Below are positions 53,433-64,000 of a stretch of DNA of 64,000 bases, in pieces. Positions within the stretch are counted from its first letter, which is position 1, and each line of letters begins with the position of its first letter. The position numbers and the translations under genes are program-made. The DNA comes from Eledone cirrhosa (Eukaryota), in assembly GCA_964016885.1 (NCBI GenBank), contig OZ024750.1:4340001-4404000 (forward strand), read 5' to 3'. Under the pieces are notes generated by a model. That model was not told the origin of the DNA and did not search any database. It saw only the letters and a list, made by a program, of their open reading frames with translations.

Positions 53433-53744
53433 TAATTCCAAACAGACACGAGGCCTCAAATTTGGCACGGTGGGGGTAGAGTAGTTAAAAGAATGTAAAT
53501 TATCTAAAGAAAGATAAGCAAGGCATAGAATGTTGGTAAGTTAAGCTTCACTAAATGTAACAGCGGTAATGTCAGCAAGATTAGGATTAAGGATAATAAT
53601 AACACAAACAAATCAACAAGAATAATAATAAAAATAAATTATAATAGAAAAAGTATTTTGTTCTGGTTCCTTATTTTGCCATCTTAAGGTGGAAGTAAAT
53701 GGTTATATGTTGTTTAGAATAAATTCCGATATTATAGGAATCTA

Positions 53745-53980
53745 ATGGATCTCTGTCGGTTTCAGCGATGAATGTCCCAGTTGTTCGATCAACAGAACTG
53801 CCTCCCCGTGAAATTAGCGTGCAATTGGCTGAGCATTCTACAGACTCTCATTGAGAATTGCATTAATGGGCATGCACATCTGTAGAAATGCTCAGCCACT
53901 TACACGTTTATTTCGCCACCACCAGATGGTTGTTTCGTCGAACTGAAACACTCATCGTCGTAACTGACGAAGATCCACCA
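53745..53980. repeat. Old imperfect inverted pair of SINE family 2 tail sequence
   Basis: CGTG.AA.TGGCTGAGCATT.TACAGA vs TCTGTAGAAATGCTCAGCCACTTACACG. Confidence 0.65.
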
Positions 53981-54804
53981 CAAATAACAATTATTGTTTT
54001 CACCAAATGTCACAAGAAGTAAAATGGATTAAGAAAGACACAAGTAAATCACAAGAAATCTTCTATCAATGAATTCTTTTATAATTTTGGATTAGTTTAG
54101 ACTGAATGGACATTTTGGAGTCTATTGTTTATTTAATATTAAGAAGGAACAACCCCCAAGAAACTAACTAAAATAAAGCCACACCATAACAGTCCCGCCG
54201 CACGCCTGACACATTAAAACGTTTAGTAGTTCTATTGCAAGTTAAGGAATGTGAATAAAGATATGTTTACGCCGAAACTAACGTTGACCTGGAAAAACAA
54301 AACAAAAGTTAGAACTAGGAAGTCTGGTTAAATAAGTAGATCAAGTCATGGTAATATAAGTAATGAAGATTTGATTGGAAGTGAGTTGTCGGAGATATAT
54401 TGCTTATTATTGGAACACATGAAAAACAGGTCTTATGGGAATAACCGACCAAGTGAGTAAGAGATACAGGGAACAGGGACAGGTCATGAAAGTGTAAGCA
54501 GTCACAGATGTATTCTGTTATTTTTTTTGTAAATTTGTTTTGTTGTATTACATTTTGGTAGTTTTTTCAGGATTAAGATTGAGAACTCCTGGAAGGACTA
54601 ACTGCAGCTATGGCGTATACACACACTATAAGTGTTGTTGTCGTTGTTGTTCCTGTTTATCTCCCTTTCCTCCATGTCTGTCATGACTGAATGAACCCGT
54701 GATCATTAACCTTCCAGGCATGAAGCTTCTGCCTTTATCTCAGGCATTGTATACCTTAGAATATATTATCTAGTATATCCTTTCCATTTTAAGGTGGTAA
54801 GATA

Positions 54805-55082
54805 TAATTGTTTCTACTTTTGGCACAAGGCCAGCAATTATCCCAGTGTATTACTGGTACTTTATTTTATCGACCCCGTAAGGATAAAAGCTGGTAAGAT
54901 ATAATTGTTTCTATTTTTGACACAAGGCCAGCAATTACCCCAGTGCATTACTGGTACTTTACTTTATCGACCACGTAAGGATGAAAGGAAAAGTTAACCT
55001 CGGCGGGATTTGAACTCAGATCATAAAGGGCCGCAACTCTATGCTGCAAAGCATGGCGTCCGACCCTCTACCTATACTGCCA
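54805..55082 (-). mobile_element. SINE family 1 with duplicated 3' half and flank
   Basis: TGGTAAGATATAATTGTTTCTA... occurs twice. Confidence 0.88.
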
Positions 55083-55269
55083 GAGAGAGATTCGACTAAT
55101 ATTTCTAGAAGGTCGTGCTACTACGTGGAACCCTCCCTGGTGGCTCGGCTCTATATTAGACATTCAAGAAAAAGGAAGACGTCGTAAAATTCTTATCTAC
55201 CTGTGAACTATCTATCTTTCATGGTGACTGTCACATTGTTAATTATGTATGACATTGTCCCGTAAATCC

Positions 55270-55465
55270 TGGTGGGGTCGTAGGAACATCGCGTTGACAT
55301 ACGGCGTCTCTAGGGCATTTTAAAACCTGGCGGAGGCCATCCCTCTCCAGGTCCGACTACAACAGATTTCTTCCAGAGACGGATAGCGAGTGAGAGAATG
55401 GAGATGAGAAAGTGATATAGAGGAAGAATCGACCCCAGTTCAACACTGGTACTTTTTTTATCGAC
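55270..55465 (-). mobile_element. Composite SINE variant tail
   Basis: Reverse complement resembles 29730-29905. Confidence 0.75.
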
Positions 55466-55607
55466 CGTCCACAAATATTATTTATCAAACATCTATCAGC
55501 GACACCTACTAGATGACTCTTATCACAAGTGCTTACCATTAAAATTGATTGACTTTCAAGCAGGTGGTCTGTATTGTAGGCCATATTGGGACACACAACC
55601 CGCCCCC

Positions 55608-55662
<55 letters not shown>

Positions 55663-55806
55663 CGTGTGTGTGTGTATGTGTGTATATGTGTGTCTTACTG
55701 GTTAGTGTTGAATTTATTTGTTATTGTAATAATATTGTCGTTGTTGTTGTTGCAGTGGTATTTTTGTTTGGGTGTGTGCTGATGGTGGTTGAGTAATTTT
55801 AACAGC

Positions 55807-55912
55807 TACGAGGGTCAGCTGAAAAATTCATAGGCTGACTATGAAGGATTGATGCTAGAGCTGTGAATTCTTGTATGTATTAATTTCAACTCTTCTTATC
55901 AATAATTGCATA
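55807..55912 (-). mobile_element. Mariner-type MITE, opposite end
   Basis: taCGAGGGTCAGCTGAAAAATTCATAGGCTGA..TGATGCTAG.GCTGTGAA matches the reverse complement of about 12745-12853. Confidence 0.8.
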
Positions 55913-56189
55913 GTAACATACATACATCATATACATACATACTACGCACGTACATACATACATACATACTACGCACATACATGCATACATGCATACATAC
56001 GCACACAATATACTTACAATAATAATCAACGAAACCAACATTTTCTATGGACAATAATCATCGCAATTCACATGTAACGAATACAAATATATTTTTTATC
56101 TTTCCCCGTCATTAAATAGAACATTTACGGGATAAAACAAATGCAATGTTTAGTTCTCAGTTGAATGCTTCGTCATTGGATAGTTTTCA

Positions 56190-56365
56190 ACATTGCCTGA
56201 TAAATAAACTTAAAATGGCCGTCAATATTGTCTGATAAATAAACCTAAAATGGTGGTCAATATTGTCTGATAAATAAACTTAAAATGGCGGTCAATATTG
56301 TCTGATAAATAAACTTAAAATGGCGGTCAATATTGTCTGATAAATAAACTTAAAATGGCCGTCAA
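56190..56365. repeat. 35-bp minisatellite, about 5 copies
   Basis: Unit TGTCTGATAAATAAACTTAAAATGGCGGTCAATAT. Confidence 0.95.
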
Positions 56366-56691
56366 TCATTGAGGCCTATATCAAAGAGCCTACTGAGACT
56401 TCTCTTTGATATTTCCTTTAATAGAATGCATCAATAGTAAATGGCGGTTTCGGTTAGATTTTCACATTCTTTATACTTTAAAGCTTCATTTTGGAAAAAA
56501 AAGATTTCGATATGATACAAAACATCAAACTACTATTTCCACTGAAATGTTCGTCTGTTGATCTATCTGCCAATCTTTTATCCGCCATTTTGGCATTTCT
56601 TACCAAGCTGTACATTTGTTTGTTTGTTCATTTGATACTGCTTTTTCCAAGTAATTTAATCTGAAATAATTATCTTACTGCCACATTGTAA

Positions 56692-57075
56692 TGCATTCGT
56701 TCACATCCGTACACATTCGTACACATCCGTGCACATTCGTACACATCCGTGCACATACGTACACATCCGTACACATTCGTACACATCCGTGCACATACGT
56801 AGACATCCGTATACATTCGTACACATACGTACACATTCGTACACATTCGTACACATTCGTACACATTCGTACACATTCGTACACATCCGTGCACATACGT
56901 ACACATCCGTACACATCCGTACACATCCGTGCACATACGTAGACATCCGTACACATTCGTACACATCCGTGCACATACGTAGACATCCGTATACATTCGT
57001 ACACATACGTACACATTCGTACACATTCGTACACATTCGTACACATTCGTACACATTCGTACACATTCGTACACA
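56692..57075. repeat. 10-bp satellite (ACACATYCGT) with a 180-bp higher-order duplication
   Basis: The same variant order starts at 56771 and 56951. Confidence 0.95.
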
Positions 57076-57188
57076 ACAACATTTGTTGCATACACACTTG
57101 TACATACAAACATGTCTGTCTGTCTGCCTGCATGCCTGTCTGTATGTATGTGTGCAAGCATGTATGTACGTATATATATGTACCCCTC

Positions 57189-57298
<110 letters not shown>

Positions 57299-57631
57299 TG
57301 GTACGATAAATGCCTTTATAGTTATCATATAAAATTTTAATGGAATATTTTAAATACCCATTAAATCACTTCAAGAATATATTTCCGTGATTTTATAGTT
57401 TGTCAAAAGTCTAATTTACAAATATATTTTGAATATGTTTTCTTTTTAAGCCGTTACCAATATCGATTAGTACTTAATCATCATACTCTCCGATTCTTCT
57501 CTCATATGATATTCATCCAATCTTCCCTTTGATCATTGGTATGCTCGGTCATTATTTACCAGGGGCTAAACAACTACAAAATCCTTTACGTTTGTTTATT
57601 GTAGTTCTACTGGGTTTGGAGTGGTTATAGA

Positions 57632-57848
57632 TAATCGTTTCTGATTTAGGCACAAGGCCACCAATTTGTAGTGGAGGGGAAAGTCGACTAAATCGACCCA
57701 GTGTATTACTGGTACTTTATTTTATCGACCTCGTAAGGAGGAAAAGCAAAGCTAACCTCAGCAGGATTTGAATTCAGATCGTAAAGTGCCGTAACTCTAT
57801 GCCATAAAGCATGTTGTCCGACGCTCTACCGATACTGCCAATCCACCA
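57632..57848 (-). mobile_element. SINE family 1 long form
   Basis: Reverse complement of consensus. Confidence 0.9.
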
Positions 57849-58511
57849 TTTGGAGAGGCATAAATATTGGATGCAGAACCGGTTTTATGAAATAGTGAGG
57901 TAACTACTTTCAAAAATGTTGTTTTAATTCATATACTGCAGGACACGGCTCAGGAAGTCTTTCCACAATAGTATCAGAATATATTTAATCAACAGTGTTC
58001 TTCTGGAGCTAACAACATGGAGAATTAGTAATGTTGTTGTTAGGACGGTGGATAGAATATGTTACAATATACGTATTATATTGGTACCACGATAGAAAGA
58101 TACAAAGACGACATCTTGTGATGAACTGGCGACAGACAATCGGCAGAGACCTGAAACCAGTCAACAAAAGTTGACATTGGTTGTATTCCGACCTGGAGCG
58201 GGTGAGGGATGAGATTGGATCCGCCATGTTTAAAATGCCTCCAAAACATACCGTATGTCAGGACGGCGCCCAAACAACTCCATCAGGAGTTAAGGGCCCC
58301 TTTCTTTTCCTTAATAACTAATTCAGTATTTCCTTCTCAATAATTATTTGGTATTTTGTTTGGTTTAATGTCTCTTCTTCAGTTTGGGGGGGGGGGGGAA
58401 GGAGAAGGAGAAGGAAGATGAAGGAGGATGGAAAGATAGGGGGTTATTTTTCTACTACTAAGAATAAGGAGAAAAAGAAAAATAGAAGAGAAACTAAGTA
58501 TTTACCTATAC

Positions 58512-58651
58512 AGTAGTAGTAGTGGTGGTGGTGGTGGTAGTAATAGTAGTAGTAGTGGTAGAACTAGTAGTACAGGTAGTAGTAGTAATAGTAGTAGTAG
58601 TAGAGGTGGTAGTATTAGTAGTATTAGTAGCAGCAGCAGTAGTAGTAGTAA

Positions 58652-58685
<34 letters not shown>

Positions 58686-59046
58686 TGTAGTAGTAGTAGT
58701 AGTAGTAGTTGTAGTAGCAGTAGTAGTAGTAGTAGCAGTTGTAGTAGTAGTAGTAGTAGTAGCAGTTGTAGTGGTAGTAGCAGTAGTAGCAGTAGTAGCA
58801 GTAGTAGCAGTAGTAGCAGTAGCAGTAGTAGCAGCAGTAGTAGCAGCAGTAGCAGCAGTAGTAGCAGTAGTAGTAGTAGTAGTAGCAGCAGTAGCAGTAG
58901 CAGCAGTAGTAGCAGTAGCAGCAGTAGCAGCAGTAGTAGCAGTAGTAGCAGTAGCAGTAGTAGTAGCAGTAGCAGCAGTAGTAGCAGTAGTAGCAGTAGC
59001 AGCAGTAGCAGCAGTAGCAGCAGTAGCAGCAGTAGTAGCAGTAGTA
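58512..59046. repeat. (GTA)n/(GCA)n microsatellite
   Basis: Direct reading. Confidence 0.95.
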
Positions 59047-59179
59047 TTCTCTATGGCAGCTTGTAAGTGGAATTTCCGGTTGAATTCTCAAGTGTTCCTA
59101 ACCATAATTTTATTTACCTTTCCAACAATTGTTGTTCTTCTTCTTATTGTTGTTGTTTCCTGTATGGGGACCCTAGGTT

Positions 59180-59662
59180 TATGTATGTGTAAGTGTATGT
59201 TTATGTTTATGTATGTATATGTATGTATGTATGTGTATGTGTGTGTATGTGTATGTTTATGTATGTATATGTATGTATATGTATGTATGTGTGTGTATGT
59301 GTATGTTTATGTATGTATATGTATGTATATGTATGTATGTGTGTGTATGTGTATGTGTATGTGTGTGTATGTGTATGTTTATGTATGTATATGTATGTAT
59401 GTATGTGTATGTGTGTGTATGTGTATGTATGTGTATCTATGTATGTATGTGTATGTGTGTGTATGTGTATGTGTATGTATGTGTATCTATGTATGTATGT
59501 GTATGTGTGTGTATGTGTATGTGTATGTATGTGTATCTATGTATGTATGTGTATGTGTGTGTATGTGTATGTGTATGTATGTGTATCTATGTATGTATGT
59601 GTATGTGTGTGTATGTGTATGTGTATGTATGTGTATCTATGTATGTATGTGTATGTGTGTAA
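59180..59662. repeat. (TG/TATG)n compound microsatellite
   Basis: Direct reading. Confidence 0.95.
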
Positions 59663-60313
59663 ATGACAATGTATATGTGTGATATTGAGAATTTATGTGG
59701 CTTGCGTTCATAACCCGTCGCTTCCCGCCCCTCTCTCTCTCTCTCTCCTTCCCCCTCCCTATCTCTACACTCTGTCTGTCTGTCTCTCTCTATCTTCCTT
59801 TCCCTCTCTCTCTCACTCTCTTCTTCTCAATTTCTTTCTCTCTCTTTCTCTCTCTCCCTCCATCATCCCCCTCTCTATACTCAGTCTGTCTATCTGTCTG
59901 TCTCTATCTTTTCCTTTCTTCCACTCTCTCTCTTACTCTCTCCTTCTCAATTTCTCTCTCTTTCTCTCTCTCTCTCTCTCCCCCCCCCCCCCCACATATA
60001 TATCACTCTCTCTCCCACTCTCTCTCAACCTCTTTCTTGTTCTCTCTCTCTCTCTCACTCTCTCCTTTCTCTCTCGCTCTATTTCTCTCTCTCCACCTCT
60101 GCCCCTCTACCCGTCTCTCCATCCCCCCCTCGTTCTCCCTCCTCCCTGTCCCTCTCTCCCCCGTTCTCTCTCCCCCTGTCCCTCTCTCTCATGTCTCCCT
60201 GTCCGTGTGTGTTCCGTCAGGAAAGATCATTTCAAGTAGACAACTATTTAATGCATCTATCATAATCTCACTTAATTAAAACCATCTTCGTCATTTCATC
60301 TATTTGCTTTGGT

Positions 60314-60648
<335 letters not shown>

Positions 60649-60889
60649 CCCCCTCTTACTCTGACTTAAATTGTGTATCTTACATTTAGTCTCTCACTCT
60701 CCACAATTATATATATTCATATATATATATATATATATATACATTGTATATATATATATATTTATATGAATATATATATATATATATATGAATATGTATA
60801 TATTTGTATATATATATTCATATATATATATACATATATGCATACACATACCTGTATATACAATATATAAATATATATGCATATATATA

Positions 60890-60967
<78 letters not shown>

Positions 60968-60970
<3 letters not shown>

Positions 60971-61085
60971 CGTGTGGCTGATTGGTTAGAGAATTGGATT
61001 CGCAATCGTAAGGTTGTGAGTTCGATTCCTGGACCAGGCGATGCGTTATGTCCTTGAGCAAGACACTTTATTTCACGTTGCTCCT
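60968..61085 (+). mobile_element. SINE family 2 head and core
   Basis: GGCGTGTGGCTGATTGGTTAG...GAGTTCGATTCC...CCTTGAGCAAGACACTT. Confidence 0.85.
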
Positions 61086-61184
61086 TCTACCTGGAGTTGC
61101 GACCGATAGATAGTATTAGCAACTGGAAAGACCAACGGAAACATTGTTTCCTCGGTCCGATTTGACGAAAGTCGATCGTTAAGG

Positions 61185-61224
<40 letters not shown>

Positions 61225-61369
61225 GGAGGGAGAAGAATAGAATGTTGAAGAAGATAAGGAAGAGGAGAAAGAGATTAAGAATTATCATTATAACGACAAT
61301 ATGGTTGATGATCGTGATGATGATGATTTCTGAAATATGTTTTGAAATTTAGAGATAGTAGTGTTGAAA

Positions 61370-61527
61370 TAATGGTTTCTGATCTTGGCACAAGGCCAAC
61401 AATCTTTTGGGTGGGACCAATCGATTTAATCGACCTCAGTACATTACTGGTACTTTATTTTATCGATCCTGGAAGAATGAAAGGAAAAGCTAAACTTGGT
61501 GGCGGGATTTGAACTCATAACGTAAAA
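61370..61527 (-). mobile_element. SINE family 1 long form, head truncated
   Basis: Reverse complement of consensus. Confidence 0.85.
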
Positions 61528-61914
61528 GATCCACCACAATCAACCCCTCCACCACCAAAACCACCACCACCACCACCACCACCATCACCACCACCACCAA
61601 CACCACCACTACCACCATTATCACCACAACCACCAACACCACCACCACGGCAACTACCACCACCGCAATTACCACCACCACAATCACTACTACTGCTATC
61701 ACCCCCACACCTCATCAGTGCCACTACCCCAGTTCACCACCACCATCACCTCACCCCCACCGCCACCACCAAACTAATGAAATCGATTTAGGCTTTGCTT
61801 AGGGTCAGCAACTGGTCAGATTAAAGTATTTTCATCTCCTCTATGTGACGTATTCCCGTTGGAATGTAGTTTCAGTAATGTTTAGTGTCTCTATCTGTAA
61901 GAGGGTGTAGGGGC

Positions 61915-62212
61915 AGGGTTGGATTGGCAGAATCGGTAGAGCGCCCATCAAATGTTTAGTAGGATTTTATTCTAGTTCTTTACCTTGTGAGCTCAAATCT
62001 CGCTGAGGGCAACTTTACCTTTCACATTTACAAGGATCGATTAAAATAAAGTACCAGTAACGTACTGGAGTCAATTTAATCAATTTTCCCTTTGCACCTA
62101 AAATTGTTGCCTTTGTGCCTAAATAAGAAACCATGTTTAAGGGCAGTAGATTGGCATTATCGGTGGAGCGTCGTACAACATGCTTTGTGGCATAGAGTTA
62201 CGGCCCTTTACG
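61915..62212 (+). mobile_element. Diverged SINE family 1 plus a second head fragment
   Basis: GGATTGGCAGAATCGGTAGAG...GTACCAGTAACGTACTGG. Confidence 0.8.
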
Positions 62213-62675
62213 CAGAAAAAGAAGAAGAAGAAGAAGAAGAAGAAGAAGAAGAAGAAGAAGAAGAAGAAGAAGAAGAAAAAGATTTACTTCTAGTATAACG
62301 CTAACTTACCTATATTAGGTGCTAGACTTAATCAACGATTCAGCTTAACACCTCCACCTGATCCTAGGGGTGCCTTTAAAAAAAAAAAATGGTGGTGGTG
62401 GGAGGGTGTGTGTGATTAGGTCCGGCTTTCCCTCCCTAAATAAACATTTCAAAATATACAAAAAAGAAACTACAGAAAAAAAAAAAAAATCAATACCACT
62501 GAGAAATTAATAAACCTTCCAATATCTCGTTTCCACTCAACATATGAAATCTAAGTTTGTTTATGTCTGTGAGAGATAAATCAATATCTTCATATAAGAA
62601 CCAATCTTAATACAATGGTCGCCATTTTCACCTGAACAACCAAAAGTTCCTGTTTATTTTAAATATTATTTCCTT

Positions 62676-62858
62676 GAATTGGCAGTATCGGTAGAGGGTC
62701 GGACGCCAAGCCTTGACGCATAGTTACGGCCCTTGCTATTCTGAGTTCGAATCCCGTCGAGGTTAACTTTGCCTTTCATCCTTACGGGGTCGATAAAATA
62801 AAGTACCAGTAATGCACTGGGTTATTGCTGGCCTTGTGCCAAAAGTAGAAACAATTAT
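62676..62858 (+). mobile_element. SINE family 1 short form
   Basis: Matches consensus. Confidence 0.92.
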
Positions 62859-63033
62859 TTCCTTACATATATATATATTTTTACTTAGCAAACTTACTAT
62901 CTTTTCTTACTCTGTCTTCTTTTCCTTCAATATATCTTTTATTTATTTATTTCTGTCTTTGTTTGTTTGTTTGTTTCTTTCTTTCTTTCAATTTATCTTT
63001 TCCTTCGTTCTTTCCTTCATTCTATCTATCTAT

Positions 63034-63132
63034 TTGAGGATTTCGATTTATTGTTAGATTTTATGTAAAACCCTCGCCGTCACGTCTTGTAATGTCCCAT
63101 TTTTGTGCGCCCTTGTGGCTAATAAAGAAACA

Positions 63133-63190
<58 letters not shown>
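63034..63190 (+). mobile_element. Tx1-like LINE 3' tip between (TCTA)n runs
   Basis: TGTAATGTCCCATTTT..GCCCTTGTGGCTAATAAAGAAACA-(TCTA)n; TCTATCTATCTA also lies 5' of it. Confidence 0.75.
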
Positions 63191-63194
<4 letters not shown>

Positions 63195-63315
63195 ACTTTC
63201 TGTCTTTCTCCCTTCCTTTTATCTTAATTTCTTCATTTTCCCCCCAGTTTCTACTATTTCATCTCACCCTCTCCTCTCTCTTTCCATATGTATAGTAAAT
63301 AGTCAATTTGTCTCT

Positions 63316-63369
<54 letters not shown>

Positions 63370-63902
63370 ATCTCTCCCCCCTCTCTCTCACTCTATCTCT
63401 CTCTCCATCTCTCCTTCTCCCTCTCTCTCACTCCATCTCTCTCCATCTCTCCCTCCCCCTCTCTCTCACTCCATCTCTCTCCATCTCCCCCCTCTCTCTC
63501 TCTCCATCTCTCTCCATCTGTCCTTCACTTTTTAAACATTCAATCATATTTCCTTTCATTAACATTCTCTCTTTTTCAACAACTTTCGTTCCAGTTATCT
63601 TCTTCGCAACACCCTCTCCCCTCTCCCCACACCTACTTGCTTCCTCTTTCTCTCACCCTCTCACTTCTCTCTCCCCCTCTCACTTCTCTCTCCCCCTCTC
63701 ACTTCTCTCTCCCCCTCTCTCTCTACTCCTTTATTTTATTTTCCTATTCTCTCTCTTTTGCTCCCTACAAACTATTATCTTAAATTCCTCTCTCGTTATC
63801 ACATTCTATCTTACTTCCTTTGTTTTCATCAACACACACACACACATATATATATGTGTATATATAATATATACACACACACACACACATATATATGTGT
63901 AT

Positions 63903-63970
<68 letters not shown>

Positions 63971-64000
63971 TATATGTGTATATATATATGTATATGTATA

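Noticed and set aside
58522-59682. 386-aa Val/Ala-rich ORF
   Set aside because: It spans two adjacent microsatellites; low-complexity artefact.
60968-61045. tRNA gene
   Set aside because: It has A and B boxes but no convincing acceptor stem, and it continues into the SINE core; it is a SINE head.

Overview
This is eukaryotic, AT-rich, microsatellite-saturated DNA with no recognisable host protein-coding exon. Nearly all ORFs in the supplied track are translated simple repeats. The repeat content points, by inference, to an octopod/coleoid cephalopod intergenic or intronic region. It includes about 30 tRNA-headed SINEs with a Nin-like domain, a second SINE family, mariner-type MITEs, and decayed pieces of R4/Dong, Tx1/L1, RTE, CRE and hAT elements. 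The most interesting signal is a set of short (50-300 bp) non-coding islands sitting inside (TA)n tracts. They carry minimal type I hammerhead ribozyme folds from at least six unrelated sequence families, of the kind found in Penelope-like element pLTRs and retrozymes. Two families use the compensatory U3-A8 core. One candidate has its three hammerhead strands in a non-canonical, pseudoknot-requiring order. Many islands are head-to-head fold-back palindromes whose turn-around point lies at or next to the ribozyme core. Different retroelement clades also appear to occupy different microsatellites: Dong in (TAA)n, Tx1-like in (TCTA)n and the hammerhead elements in (TA)n. All structures were paired by eye. 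Ribozyme activity, family names and novelty were not tested.
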